35,962 nucleotides of DNA from a virus (taxonomy: Duplodnaviria > Caudoviricetes), in the IMG/VR virus record IMGVR_UViG_3300028586_000052, positions 1 to 35,962 of that record. The stretch is one strand, 5' to 3'. Shown here piece after piece: positions 8,080-15,933 of this stretch (the stretch's first letter is position 1; every line of letters starts with the position of its first letter). The position numbers and the translations under genes are program-made. The notes under the pieces are model-generated. The model ran no database searches. It saw nothing but the letters and a program-made list of their open reading frames with translations, and was not told where the DNA came from.

Positions 8080-9032
8080 GCGACTTCCTTCAATTCGTCC
8101 AGGCGAACGGCATCATCGTGCCGGATACCTTCACGCCAGGCCGCTGGATCCGCTGCAAGACGGTCACCCATCCGCGCAAGCCGAACGGCGCCATCAAGCT
8201 CGCCGACGACGGGCTTATCGGCTGGTGCCGAGATTTCGCCGCGCACCTCGAGACGTTGACATGGCGCGCCGGCGATACCGACGCGGTGGCGGCGCCGATC
8301 AGCCGCGCCGAGATCGAGCGGCGCCAAGCCGAGCGCCGCGCCGAACTGCGTGAAGCAACGCTTGCCGCGCGCGCCTATTACGACCGGTGCGCACCGCTGC
8401 GCGGCAGCCACCCGTACCTGGTCAGCAAGGGCCTGGGCGTGGCCGGTTGCGTTGGGCTGCGGGTCGATGCCAAAGGCTGGCTTGTAATCCCGATGCTCTA
8501 CAACGGCAAGGTGCTGAGCCTGCAGCGCATTTCGCCAGAGGGCGATAAGAAATTTCACGCCGGCGCCACCACCAAGGCCGCCTATTACGTCATCGAGCGC
8601 CCGGGCGCCGCGCTGACGGCCCTCGTAGAGGGCTTCGCCACCGGCCTGACCATCTTCCAGGCTGTGCCTACCTGCCGCGTCATCGTCGGCTTCAACGCCG
8701 CCAACCTGCCTGTCGTCGCCGAACGCATGGCGCGCTTCGGCATGGGCGTTGTGTGCGCCGACAACGATTGGGAGACCGCCGCGCGCATCGGGCGCAACCC
8801 GGGCCTAGACGCTGCGCGCGCCGCCGCTGAGGCGCTGGGCGTGGGCGTCGCCTTCCCGCAGTGCGCAGGGACCGACTGGAACGACTACGTGCAAGAGCAG
8901 GTCGAGCAGGCCGTCGCCGGCCAGTCCTTCAGCTTCAGCCGCAAGCGCACTGTCCTGCAGATTCAGGTCAGTGCCTTCGCCGACGTGAAGCTGAAGGTGA
9001 TGCGAGAGGCGCGGCTGCTGCGCACGAAGTAG
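8076..9032 (+). CDS. Toprim-domain primase
   Basis: HPYLVSKG, SLQRI, LVEGFATGLT, CADND, TDWND motifs. Confidence 0.9.
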   Translation: MSDFLQFVQANGIIVPDTFTPGRWIRCKTVTHPRKPNGAIKLADDGLIGWCRDFAAHLETLTWRAGDTDAVAAPISRAEIERRQAERRAELREATLAARAYYDRCAPLRGSHPYLVSKGLGVAGCVGLRVDAKGWLVIPMLYNGKVLSLQRISPEGDKKFHAGATTKAAYYVIERPGAALTALVEGFATGLTIFQAVPTCRVIVGFNAANLPVVAERMARFGMGVVCADNDWETAARIGRNPGLDAARAAAEALGVGVAFPQCAGTDWNDYVQEQVEQAVAGQSFSFSRKRTVLQIQVSAFADVKLKVMREARLLRTK

Positions 9033-9497
9033 GGCAGTAGAGGCGCTCGAAAGTGAGGGCGTCTTGGAAAGGGTCTGCGTAAGGTGCGGACCCTTTCCAA
9101 GATTGAAGGGGCGCAGGAATTGCACCCCAGGTGGAGCGGACGACACCAGAAAAAACGTGCAAGGGCCTGAATCGGCTCACACCGCGAAAAGACCGACGGC
9201 GCCGTTGAACACCAGGGCACAGCACGAACAAGGCGCAGAGGGGGCCTTGGCGAGGCCTGCGAGCACAGGCCGGACCGAACAGAGGTACAGAGTTGGAATG
9301 CTTGGCCCGTTTGGCAGGCGCATTCAAACGAGTGCGCCAATCGAAAGGGCGAGGGGGCGGCCTGGGCGAGCCGTTGCGGACATGACCACCCGCGAATACG
9401 TCACTTTCGATATGAGTTTTTGCTGATTTTGCTCGGGGCCAGGAACACCTAACCCCCATACCTATCAACTACGGAGGGGTCCAACCAACCCCTCTAA
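9033..9497 (+). other. Hairpin-rich noncoding element (candidate ncRNA or origin)
   Basis: Inverted repeats 9061-9103, 9254-9271, 9317-9338, 9474-9494; no convincing ORF. Confidence 0.45.
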
Positions 9498-9809
9498 ATG
9501 ACAACTATGGCCAAAACAAACGTGACCGACCAGCACCAGGCGCTGCCCCAGAAAATCGAGCAGCGCCTGGCCGAATTACTCTCGATGGGCGAGTTCGATC
9601 AGGGCGACGTGGCGCACTGCCGCCGTAGCTACTGGGGCGCACGCGCCGACTGGCACAAGATCCTGATCGACTGCCACGCCGCCGCCCTGGCGCGTCAGCG
9701 CGGCGCCAGCGCCAGGGCCAGCCCGGCCACAACTGCAGCACCGCGGCCCGCGCGCCCAGCACCAATGGCGCGCGCCGGCCGCGCGCCAGCGCAGGGGGTG
9801 CCGGCATGA
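9498..9809 (+). CDS. Phage hypothetical protein
   Basis: 103-aa ORF (start 9498 or 9507), ATGA-coupled to the next gene. Confidence 0.7.
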   Translation: MTTMAKTNVTDQHQALPQKIEQRLAELLSMGEFDQGDVAHCRRSYWGARADWHKILIDCHAAALARQRGASARASPATTAAPRPARPAPMARAGRAPAQGVPA

Positions 9810-10192
9810 CGAAAAATGTATCTGTCATCGTGGAGCTGCCGTTTCCCGATCGTCGCTTGAACCCGAACAGCTCGAAGGGCAAGCACTGGGCCGCCACCGT
9901 GGCGCTGCGCAAGGCCGCGCGCGCCGATGCCGCGCTGCTCACTAAAGCGGCTGGCGCTGGCGGGATCTTCACGCCCGACCAGTAGCTGGGGCTGGTGATC
10001 ACGTTCATTCAGCCCGACCGCCGCGCCCGCGACCGTGACAACCTGCTGGCGGCCTGCAAGCCGATGCTCGACGGCGTGGCCGACGCGCTGGGTGTGAACG
10101 ACAGCCAGTTCGAGCCGATGACGATCCGGCGCCAGTACGGGAAGAAGCCGGGCATGGTGCTGATCGAAATCGACGGGGGGGTCGACCTATGA
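9806..10192 (+). pseudogene. rusA: RusA-like Holliday junction resolvase with an in-frame TAG at 9983-9985
   Basis: ELPFPDRRLNPN...PDQ*LGLVITFIQPDRRARDRDNLLAACKPMLDGVADALGVNDSQF; both halves in the same frame. Confidence 0.8.
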
Positions 10193-11250
10193 GCGCGAAC
10201 GTCTTCAAGCGCGGCGGCGTGTGGCACTATCGTTTTCAGGTGGCCGGCACGCGCTACCGCCGCAGCACAGGGCTGACCAGCCGGCGCGCCGCCGAGCAGG
10301 TTGCGCAGCGAGAGTACGACGCTGCGGTGCTGCGCGCCAACGGCGGCGAGCCGGTGCCGACGCTGGCCGAGCTGGCGCAGGCCTGGATCGAGGTGCACAG
10401 GCCCGTGTCGAGCGCCGCGCACATCCGCAGCGTCGAGCTGTTCCAGCGCCTGCACATGTTCGACCTGGGCGGGAAGCAGATCAACGCCATCACCACGCTC
10501 GATGTCGAGCTGGCGCGCAACCTCTACCTGCAGACGCACAAGCCGGCCAGTGCGAACCACTGGCTGCGCATCGTGAAGCTGTTGACCATGTGGGCGGTCA
10601 AGCGCGGCATGCTGGCGTCGATGCCGTGGCATGTGCCGATGCTGAAGGTGCAGAAGCGCCCGAGGTCGATCCTGCCGCTGGATGCCGCCAAGGCGTGGTT
10701 CTCCGCCGTGGACCAGGCCGCCGGGCGCGCGCCGGCGATTGGCACGGCGGTGCGCCTGATGTTCGGCCTGGGCCTGCGCGAAGGGGAGGCGATCACCGCG
10801 CGCTGGGAGTGGATCGACTGGGCCAGGAAGACCTACACGCCCGGCATTACAAAGGGCAGGGAAGCGGATCCGTTGCCGATGGCCACCTGGCTGCGCGAGC
10901 ACCTGGAAGGGCGGCGCCAGCCTGCAGGGCTGATCGTGGCCAAGCCAGACGGCCAGGCGTTCGCATCTGGCTTCGCCCGGCAGGCGATCCGCCGCGCCAA
11001 CGACGCCTGCGCCGTCAAGGGCATCACGCCCCACCGCCTGCGCGGGACGTTCGCCACGCTGATGTCCGAGGCCGGTGTGCCCATCCAAACCGTGCAGCGA
11101 GTCATGCGCCACAAGAGCTTCACCACCACGATGGGGTATCTGGAGAAGAATTTAGATATCGCCGCACTGGCGCAGGAGCGGATCAGCGCAATTGCAGGGT
11201 TGTCCATTATTGCTGCACAGTTTGCGACGGGAGAATTATATTGTGGCTGA
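10189..11250 (+). CDS. Tyrosine recombinase/integrase
   Basis: Arm-binding-like N-terminus (FKRGGVWHYRF...RRSTG); GLREGEA, TKG, HRLR, MRH, TTMGY catalytic set intact. Confidence 0.92.
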   Translation: MSANVFKRGGVWHYRFQVAGTRYRRSTGLTSRRAAEQVAQREYDAAVLRANGGEPVPTLAELAQAWIEVHRPVSSAAHIRSVELFQRLHMFDLGGKQINAITTLDVELARNLYLQTHKPASANHWLRIVKLLTMWAVKRGMLASMPWHVPMLKVQKRPRSILPLDAAKAWFSAVDQAAGRAPAIGTAVRLMFGLGLREGEAITARWEWIDWARKTYTPGITKGREADPLPMATWLREHLEGRRQPAGLIVAKPDGQAFASGFARQAIRRANDACAVKGITPHRLRGTFATLMSEAGVPIQTVQRVMRHKSFTTTMGYLEKNLDIAALAQERISAIAGLSIIAAQFATGELYCG

Positions 11251-11339
11251 CCCGAGCTTCGACGACAGCCACATTTAGCCGATGACTATACGAAGCTGGA
11301 AAAGCTGGTAAGCTTATCGTCGAAATGATGAGAGCGTTA

Positions 11340-11363
11340 AAAAGCCCGCAAACGCGGGCTTTT
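11340..11363. terminator. Bidirectional intrinsic terminator
   Basis: AAAAGCCCGC-AAAC-GCGGGCTTTT between convergent genes. Confidence 0.85.
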
Positions 11364-11382
11364 GTCGAAATTTTTATATAAC

Positions 11383-11943
11383 CTAATGCGTCGCTTTCAT
11401 GACTTTCGCAATATCGAGGCATGCTTTAGCAATTGTACTAATATCGAACGCAGATTTCGATTCTTTGTCTTGGTCTTTCTCTTTAGCAAACAGACCAACT
11501 AATAAAGAGATTGAAAGTATCGTGGGCACTGATCCAGACATTCCGAGAAGAACTAATGTGGTAATCTCTAATTCACTGAAAGCTCTCTCGGAATAGAATA
11601 AATACCCGATTGTGCCAGCAAATATACTGTACATGACAATAATTACTACGGTAATAACCCAGCCTATCGTTCGGATAAGCGCATGCTTTTGCTCAAGTAA
11701 ATTACTGGAGAGACGTGCACGTCGATTTTCTGTCTCTTCAGCTGCCTTCTCGTCTTGAGAAAGCTGCGTATCTGGTGATTTTGGCGTAGATGGAGAAATA
11801 TTTTCTACACCTGGCGAAAAACTACTATATGTAGAGCCTCGCAGCTGACTCGAGTCTGGACTCGGAGCAGGGGAAGGAGCGTTAGATACACCAGAGGGCA
11901 GGTTATAGTATTGGCCTCTAGGGTCGCTTGGCTTATCAGCCAT
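11383..11943 (-). CDS. Two-TM membrane protein with Ser/Pro-rich N-terminus; putative toxin partner of Panacea
   Basis: MADKPSDPRG...; TM segments IGWVITVVIIVMYSIFAGTIGYLF and TLVLLGMSGSVPTILSISLLVGLF; overlaps the upstream stop. Confidence 0.75.
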   Translation of the reverse strand: MADKPSDPRGQYYNLPSGVSNAPSPAPSPDSSQLRGSTYSSFSPGVENISPSTPKSPDTQLSQDEKAAEETENRRARLSSNLLEQKHALIRTIGWVITVVIIVMYSIFAGTIGYLFYSERAFSELEITTLVLLGMSGSVPTILSISLLVGLFAKEKDQDKESKSAFDISTIAKACLDIAKVMKATH

Positions 11944-12424
11944 GTGCTGACACCTCATTTTGATAAGCTTGTTGCACGAAATATTGCTTAATCAGTTCGT
12001 CACTGATATTTTCATTCGGCGCGGTTTTATCCCAAGGACCACCTGGCTCATGACTCATGCTGGAAAGTTGAGTCGCAGTGAAACGAGAGTATTGCATCCA
12101 CACTCTGTCTAATATCTCATTGAATTTTGGGAGTGCTTTAGTATCCACAAAAAGTGGAATAAACTGTTCAGATTCAGCGTGATACTGTTTGAGGTAATCT
12201 TCTACCGGCATACTGCCGTAATCCTTTAAAGCGCGATAGACCGATGGAACAACCGGGCCATATTGCCAGCGAGAAAATCCCCCATCGATAAGAGCCTCGC
12301 CAGTTATCGCTAAATACCATCCATGCAAAAAATACATCATTTTTTGCAACTTCATTGGCGTAATATCGGCGGCGTCCTTATTAGCCCGCCACAAAACGTG
12401 GTTTGCCACTGGAAACGCATTCAT
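11936..12424 (-). CDS. Panacea (SocA/DUF4065/GepA) antitoxin-family protein
   Basis: ITPMKLQKMMYFLHGWYL, WQYGPVVPSVY, QLSSMSHEPGGPW, ISDELIKQYF motifs. Confidence 0.9.
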   Translation of the reverse strand: MNAFPVANHVLWRANKDAADITPMKLQKMMYFLHGWYLAITGEALIDGGFSRWQYGPVVPSVYRALKDYGSMPVEDYLKQYHAESEQFIPLFVDTKALPKFNEILDRVWMQYSRFTATQLSSMSHEPGGPWDKTAPNENISDELIKQYFVQQAYQNEVSAHG

Positions 12425-12717
12425 CTTATGCTCCCTGGTAAGCGTCCAAGCTCAACAAGCATGTTGCCAGCTGGTCACTAGATTCACTCAAGCGCGAGGT
12501 GCGCAGGCACAAAGTACAGCAGCGACGCCGATGGTCGCTGTGGATAACTCTGCTTCTTGACTTTGTTCATAGAGCGTCATCCTGCGGCGGACGACTTAGA
12601 ACATATGTGAAGTCTACATCAAATTTGATGCATCTGCTGCGGAAAGTCCTATTCGATCCGCCACAAAAATGACACAGCCCGTCGAAGCGTGCCCGTAGAT
12701 TCAGGCTCTACGTTTGA

Positions 12718-13167
12718 TTAATGATCAGCAGAAATCGGCGTCAAACGATCGGCAGGCACCGGGTCACCGAGAAAAGCTACATCTTGGCTGGCATCGATGG
12801 GTGGCGAGGCCGGCTTGTTCGGCAGCACTTTTTCTAAGGCGCGTCGGATTGCCCTGGAATACAGGAGAGGTGGGATAACCCCGTCCACGAATTTGGGCAG
12901 CACAATATTGGGATCGCGCGGCGCTCCCATCATCAAGACCTTGAAGTTTGGCTGAACAGGCTTCACCGCTGCAGAGATATAAGCCCCATCCTCGTAGCAC
13001 ACATGTGACAAAACGATCATCGCATCGAACTGTATGCAGTTCAGGGCGTTCAACACCCCGGCGCCTTCTGCAAAGCCGATTGCGTAGTAGTTCATGAAGC
13101 GAAGCATTTGGACAACAGATTCACGTTGGAGAGTGTTATCTCCAAAGACAAGTACAACGGTGGGCAT
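12718..13167 (-). CDS. Degenerate CheY-like receiver domain protein
   Basis: VVLVFGDNTLQRESVVQML...FDAMIV...DGAYI...KVLMMG...VDGVIPP follows receiver topology; phospho-Asp and KP Lys absent. Confidence 0.6.
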   Translation of the reverse strand: MPTVVLVFGDNTLQRESVVQMLRFMNYYAIGFAEGAGVLNALNCIQFDAMIVLSHVCYEDGAYISAAVKPVQPNFKVLMMGAPRDPNIVLPKFVDGVIPPLLYSRAIRRALEKVLPNKPASPPIDASQDVAFLGDPVPADRLTPISADH

Positions 13168-13414
13168 ATGAGGCGGTCGGAAGGTAGGTGGGGTGCGGAA
13201 GAGATCGTAATGCAGTTCGCATGCATCCACACCGTTTCCATGCAGATTGTTACATCCGGTTGTGCATTGGCAACAGTATCTTTCAGGAATGGCAAGACAC
13301 GCGGCAGAAATCAAATGACGTTTACCCACAACAATGTAAAAAATAAATTCTTGGTCAGAAGAAATTTCTTGGTGGCATATGATACGCTGGGAGGGTCGTC
13401 TTTCGGAGAACCCC

Positions 13415-13843
13415 ATGACCACCGCTACACTCGGCCTTTTCGCAGGCTCTAACCTCCGCCGAGTTCGCAAGGCGGAAGTCGTCGTTCAACCATTCGTGAA
13501 GGCGGATGGCCTCGAGACTTGTCTCGCCTGCTGGAAGAACTGGATCACTGGCGATCAGGATACCGACCTGGGCGTGAAGACCATGCGCGGCCTCGCTGGC
13601 GACGATATTGGCGGCCCGGATATCTACGAGGCGCAGCAGGATGCGGACCAGCGCATTGGCGCCGCAACCGACGCCATGATCAATAGCTTGAGCCGCATCC
13701 ATGTATGGGCGATCTATCGTTCGTGCAGCATAGCCAATGTGTGGCGGTTCCCGAATGCAGACTTCGCCACGGTGGCCAGCGACGCGCGAGAGGAGCTGAC
13801 CGTCAAGCTCAAGAAAAATGTTTGCACCACAACTCTGTTCTGA
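13415..13843 (+). CDS. Putative Q-like late antiterminator
   Basis: Size and position; CLACWKNW and DAMINSLSRIHVWAIY patterns; immediately followed by a promoter and terminator. Confidence 0.6.
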   Translation: MTTATLGLFAGSNLRRVRKAEVVVQPFVKADGLETCLACWKNWITGDQDTDLGVKTMRGLAGDDIGGPDIYEAQQDADQRIGAATDAMINSLSRIHVWAIYRSCSIANVWRFPNADFATVASDAREELTVKLKKNVCTTTLF

Positions 13844-13849
13844 TATAGT
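13822..13849 (+). promoter_or_regulatory. Late promoter (PR'-like)
   Basis: TTGCAC, 16 nt, TATAGT with an extended TGn -10. Confidence 0.6.
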
Positions 13850-13880
13850 CGAGTCTTAGGCCGTCTTCGCACGTCCAGAG

Positions 13881-13913
13881 AAAAGCCCGAACCGTTAAAC
13901 GTTCGGGCTTTTT
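13881..13913 (+). terminator. tR'-like terminator
   Basis: AAAAGCCCGAAC / GTTCGGGCTTTT stem plus U-tract. Confidence 0.85.
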
Positions 13914-14099
13914 CGTTTGCGGTCCACTTGTGCAGATAGTCATGGGGCGCGCCGATAGCGACGTCGAGATAGGCCATCCGTTACGAGATATATGAGCTGG
14001 CACTGGCCAGAGCAGGCGAGCGTCTACCCGGACGCGCTAACGCCGCCGGACGCTGTACCCGGCAACCTAATCTCCAATCCCTGGTGCACCCGGGGACTT

Positions 14100-14134
14100 A
14101 GCCGCCAGGCGCTGCAACGCACTGGCGGCTTTTT
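14100..14134 (+). terminator. Second late-leader terminator
   Basis: GCCGCCAG...CTGGCGGC TTTTT. Confidence 0.65.
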
Positions 14135-14151
14135 CATTTATGAGGTGCGTG

Positions 14152-14238
14152 ATGCACATGAGCGTCGAAGACGAACTGTCCTGGCTGCGCTATACGATAC
14201 AGCGCCAGGCTGCCCAGGCCGCCCAGGTGCAGCCATGA
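14152..14238 (+). CDS. Small hypothetical peptide
   Basis: GAGGTG RBS; MHMSVEDELSWLRYTIQRQAAQAAQVQP*; ATGA-coupled to the next ORF. Confidence 0.45.
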   Translation: MHMSVEDELSWLRYTIQRQAAQAAQVQP

Positions 14239-14456
14239 GCATGGCCGCCACGCACTACCGCCACCTGATCGTGCGCGCTGTCACCGGCAACCGCCCGGCC
14301 ATGGTCTTCCATGTGACCGATGGTGCTGCCCTCGATCGCATCTGCGAGCGCCTGGTCGAAGCTGAGCGCGCCGCTGAGATCCTTCAGGCCAAGGGGTACG
14401 GCGCGCCGGGCCTGCTGCTGCATGAAGTCGCGGCGCTGGTGCCGGTCGTAGCCTGA
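14235..14456 (+). CDS. Phage hypothetical protein
   Basis: MSMAATHYRHLIVRA...; TGATG overlap with HNH. Confidence 0.65.
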   Translation: MSMAATHYRHLIVRAVTGNRPAMVFHVTDGAALDRICERLVEAERAAEILQAKGYGAPGLLLHEVAALVPVVA

Positions 14457-14773
14457 TGGTCTGGGGCACAAAGTCGCGGCACGAGCGTGGCTATGACAGC
14501 GCATGGGTCAAGGTCCGCAACCATGTGATGGAGCGCGACGGCGGCCAGTGCCAGCCATGCAAGCGCGCCGGCCGTATGACCCTGGCCCGTGCGGTTGACC
14601 ACATGGTCAGCAAGGCCAAGGCGGCGACGCTGAACTGGACGCGCGCCAAGACCGATCACCCGTCCAATCTGGAGGCCATCTGCGATCCCTGCCACTCGGT
14701 GAAGACCGAGGTCGAGCAGGGCAAGAGCAAGCGTGTGAAGAGGGCAGCGGGCCCCGATGGGTGGCCTGTGTAG
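14456..14773 (+). CDS. HNH endonuclease (terminase-associated, HK97 gp74-like)
   Basis: RGYDSAW, CQPC, VDH, NLEAICDPCH, DGWPV; upstream of terS. Confidence 0.9.
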   Translation: MVWGTKSRHERGYDSAWVKVRNHVMERDGGQCQPCKRAGRMTLARAVDHMVSKAKAATLNWTRAKTDHPSNLEAICDPCHSVKTEVEQGKSKRVKRAAGPDGWPV

Positions 14774-14798
14774 TGCTGAAGGGTATTCGCTATACGAT

Positions 14799-15263
14799 TT
14801 AGCGACCTACCCAACAAGCTTTATCGCCGCTGGCCCAGCGAGTTAGATCAGCGGGTTTCGGCATATCGACACCGATCGCTTTCCAGCCTTTGATCGTGTA
14901 AAGCTTCAGCTCGGTACCGCTCACCGGGTGCTTCGCGAGTTCGATGATCGACATGTTCAACAACACCTGTTGCGCGGTCATTCGCTGCCGGATTGTTCCT
15001 GTTTGGGTGGCCCCATCGAATTCGCTTTCGCTCACGACAGGAGTGCCCATCGGGGATTGCTCCAAGCAGTTTTTTGCGATATCGCGCAGCTGGCGGAACA
15101 CTTGATCAGGCAGCTGATAAACCTGAACAGCGCCATCGTAACTTGCTGGGTCAGCGCGGAGCTCGGCCACAGTATTAGTTACACAGCCACTGAGCAGTGT
15201 TGCCAGCGCCGCGGCGAACACTAACGCGCGAGCATCGACGAGCCAGTTCTTCTTGCATTGCAT
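14799..15263 (-). CDS. Lipoprotein moron
   Basis: Lipobox LLSGC after a hydrophobic signal; GGAG RBS; antisense to the late operon. Confidence 0.8.
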   Translation of the reverse strand: MQCKKNWLVDARALVFAAALATLLSGCVTNTVAELRADPASYDGAVQVYQLPDQVFRQLRDIAKNCLEQSPMGTPVVSESEFDGATQTGTIRQRMTAQQVLLNMSIIELAKHPVSGTELKLYTIKGWKAIGVDMPKPADLTRWASGDKACWVGR

Positions 15264-15354
15264 CGTTGGTATCTCCTATTTGTGGATTGGTTAGCGCAAC
15301 CACTCGAACGCGCAGTGTACGGAGTAATTGCCAAATAAGCAATTCTTCCTTCTA

Positions 15355-15450
15355 CTCCCGGGGGGGGCATCAAATCTCTGGGACTTTCGTTCAAGGGGAC
15401 CGCCTGCCCCCTCTTTGTGCAGAACCGCGAAATGAAACTTTTTTTCTGGG
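15355..15450. other. Probable cos region
   Basis: Poly-G, then GGGGACCGCCTGCCCC and CGCGAAAT...TTTTTT, between HNH and terS as in HK97-type cos phages. Confidence 0.55.
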
Positions 15451-15459
15451 ATTGAAATC

Positions 15460-15933
15460 ATGGCCGGACGGCGCCCGACACCCAGTGCGCTCAAGCTGGT
15501 CACGGGCAATCCGGGCAAGCGGCCACTGAACAAAAAAGAGCCAAAACCACGTACAAAAACACCAGTTTGCCCACCGCACCTCGATGCGAAAGGCAAGGCG
15601 GTGTGGAAAAAACTGTGCGCCCTGCTGAAACGCATGGGCGTGCTCACAGAGGCCGACGGCCTGGCGCTCGAGCGGCTTTGCGACTGCTACTCCGACATCC
15701 TCAAGTGCCGGGAACTGATCGAGCGCGACGGCCGCACTTACACGTCGATTGACCAGAACAGCAACCGACTTATTAAAAACAACCCTGCGGTCAACCAGCT
15801 GCGCGCCGCCGACGCGCAATTCAAAAGCTACCTGGTGGAGTTCGGCCTGACGCCGGCCGCGCGATCAAAAGTGAACGTGGACCTCCCGGATGGCGACAAG
15901 GAAAAAGACCCCGCCGCCGAATACTTCGGCTGA
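15460..15933 (+). CDS. terS: Terminase small subunit (P27 family)
   Basis: GRRPTPSALKLVTGNPGKR, NPAV, EFGLTPAAR. Confidence 0.95.
   Translation: MAGRRPTPSALKLVTGNPGKRPLNKKEPKPRTKTPVCPPHLDAKGKAVWKKLCALLKRMGVLTEADGLALERLCDCYSDILKCRELIERDGRTYTSIDQNSNRLIKNNPAVNQLRAADAQFKSYLVEFGLTPAARSKVNVDLPDGDKEKDPAAEYFG

Noticed and set aside
9064-9426. 120-aa ORF in the post-primase gap
   Set aside because: TTG start inside a strong hairpin, Arg/Gly/Ala-rich low-information sequence, no coupling to neighbours; treated as noncoding.
9983-9985. Genome-wide TAG recoding
   Set aside because: TAG terminates the primase, protease, HNH and tail completion genes normally; only one internal case was seen.
11293-11315. 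AAGCTGG short tandem repeats after the recombinase as possible arm sites
   Set aside because: Short, irregularly spaced, and no matching copies found at the other side of the island.
13920-14070. Possible tRNA after the late promoter
   Set aside because: No GTTCGA T-loop or cloverleaf pairing could be assembled.
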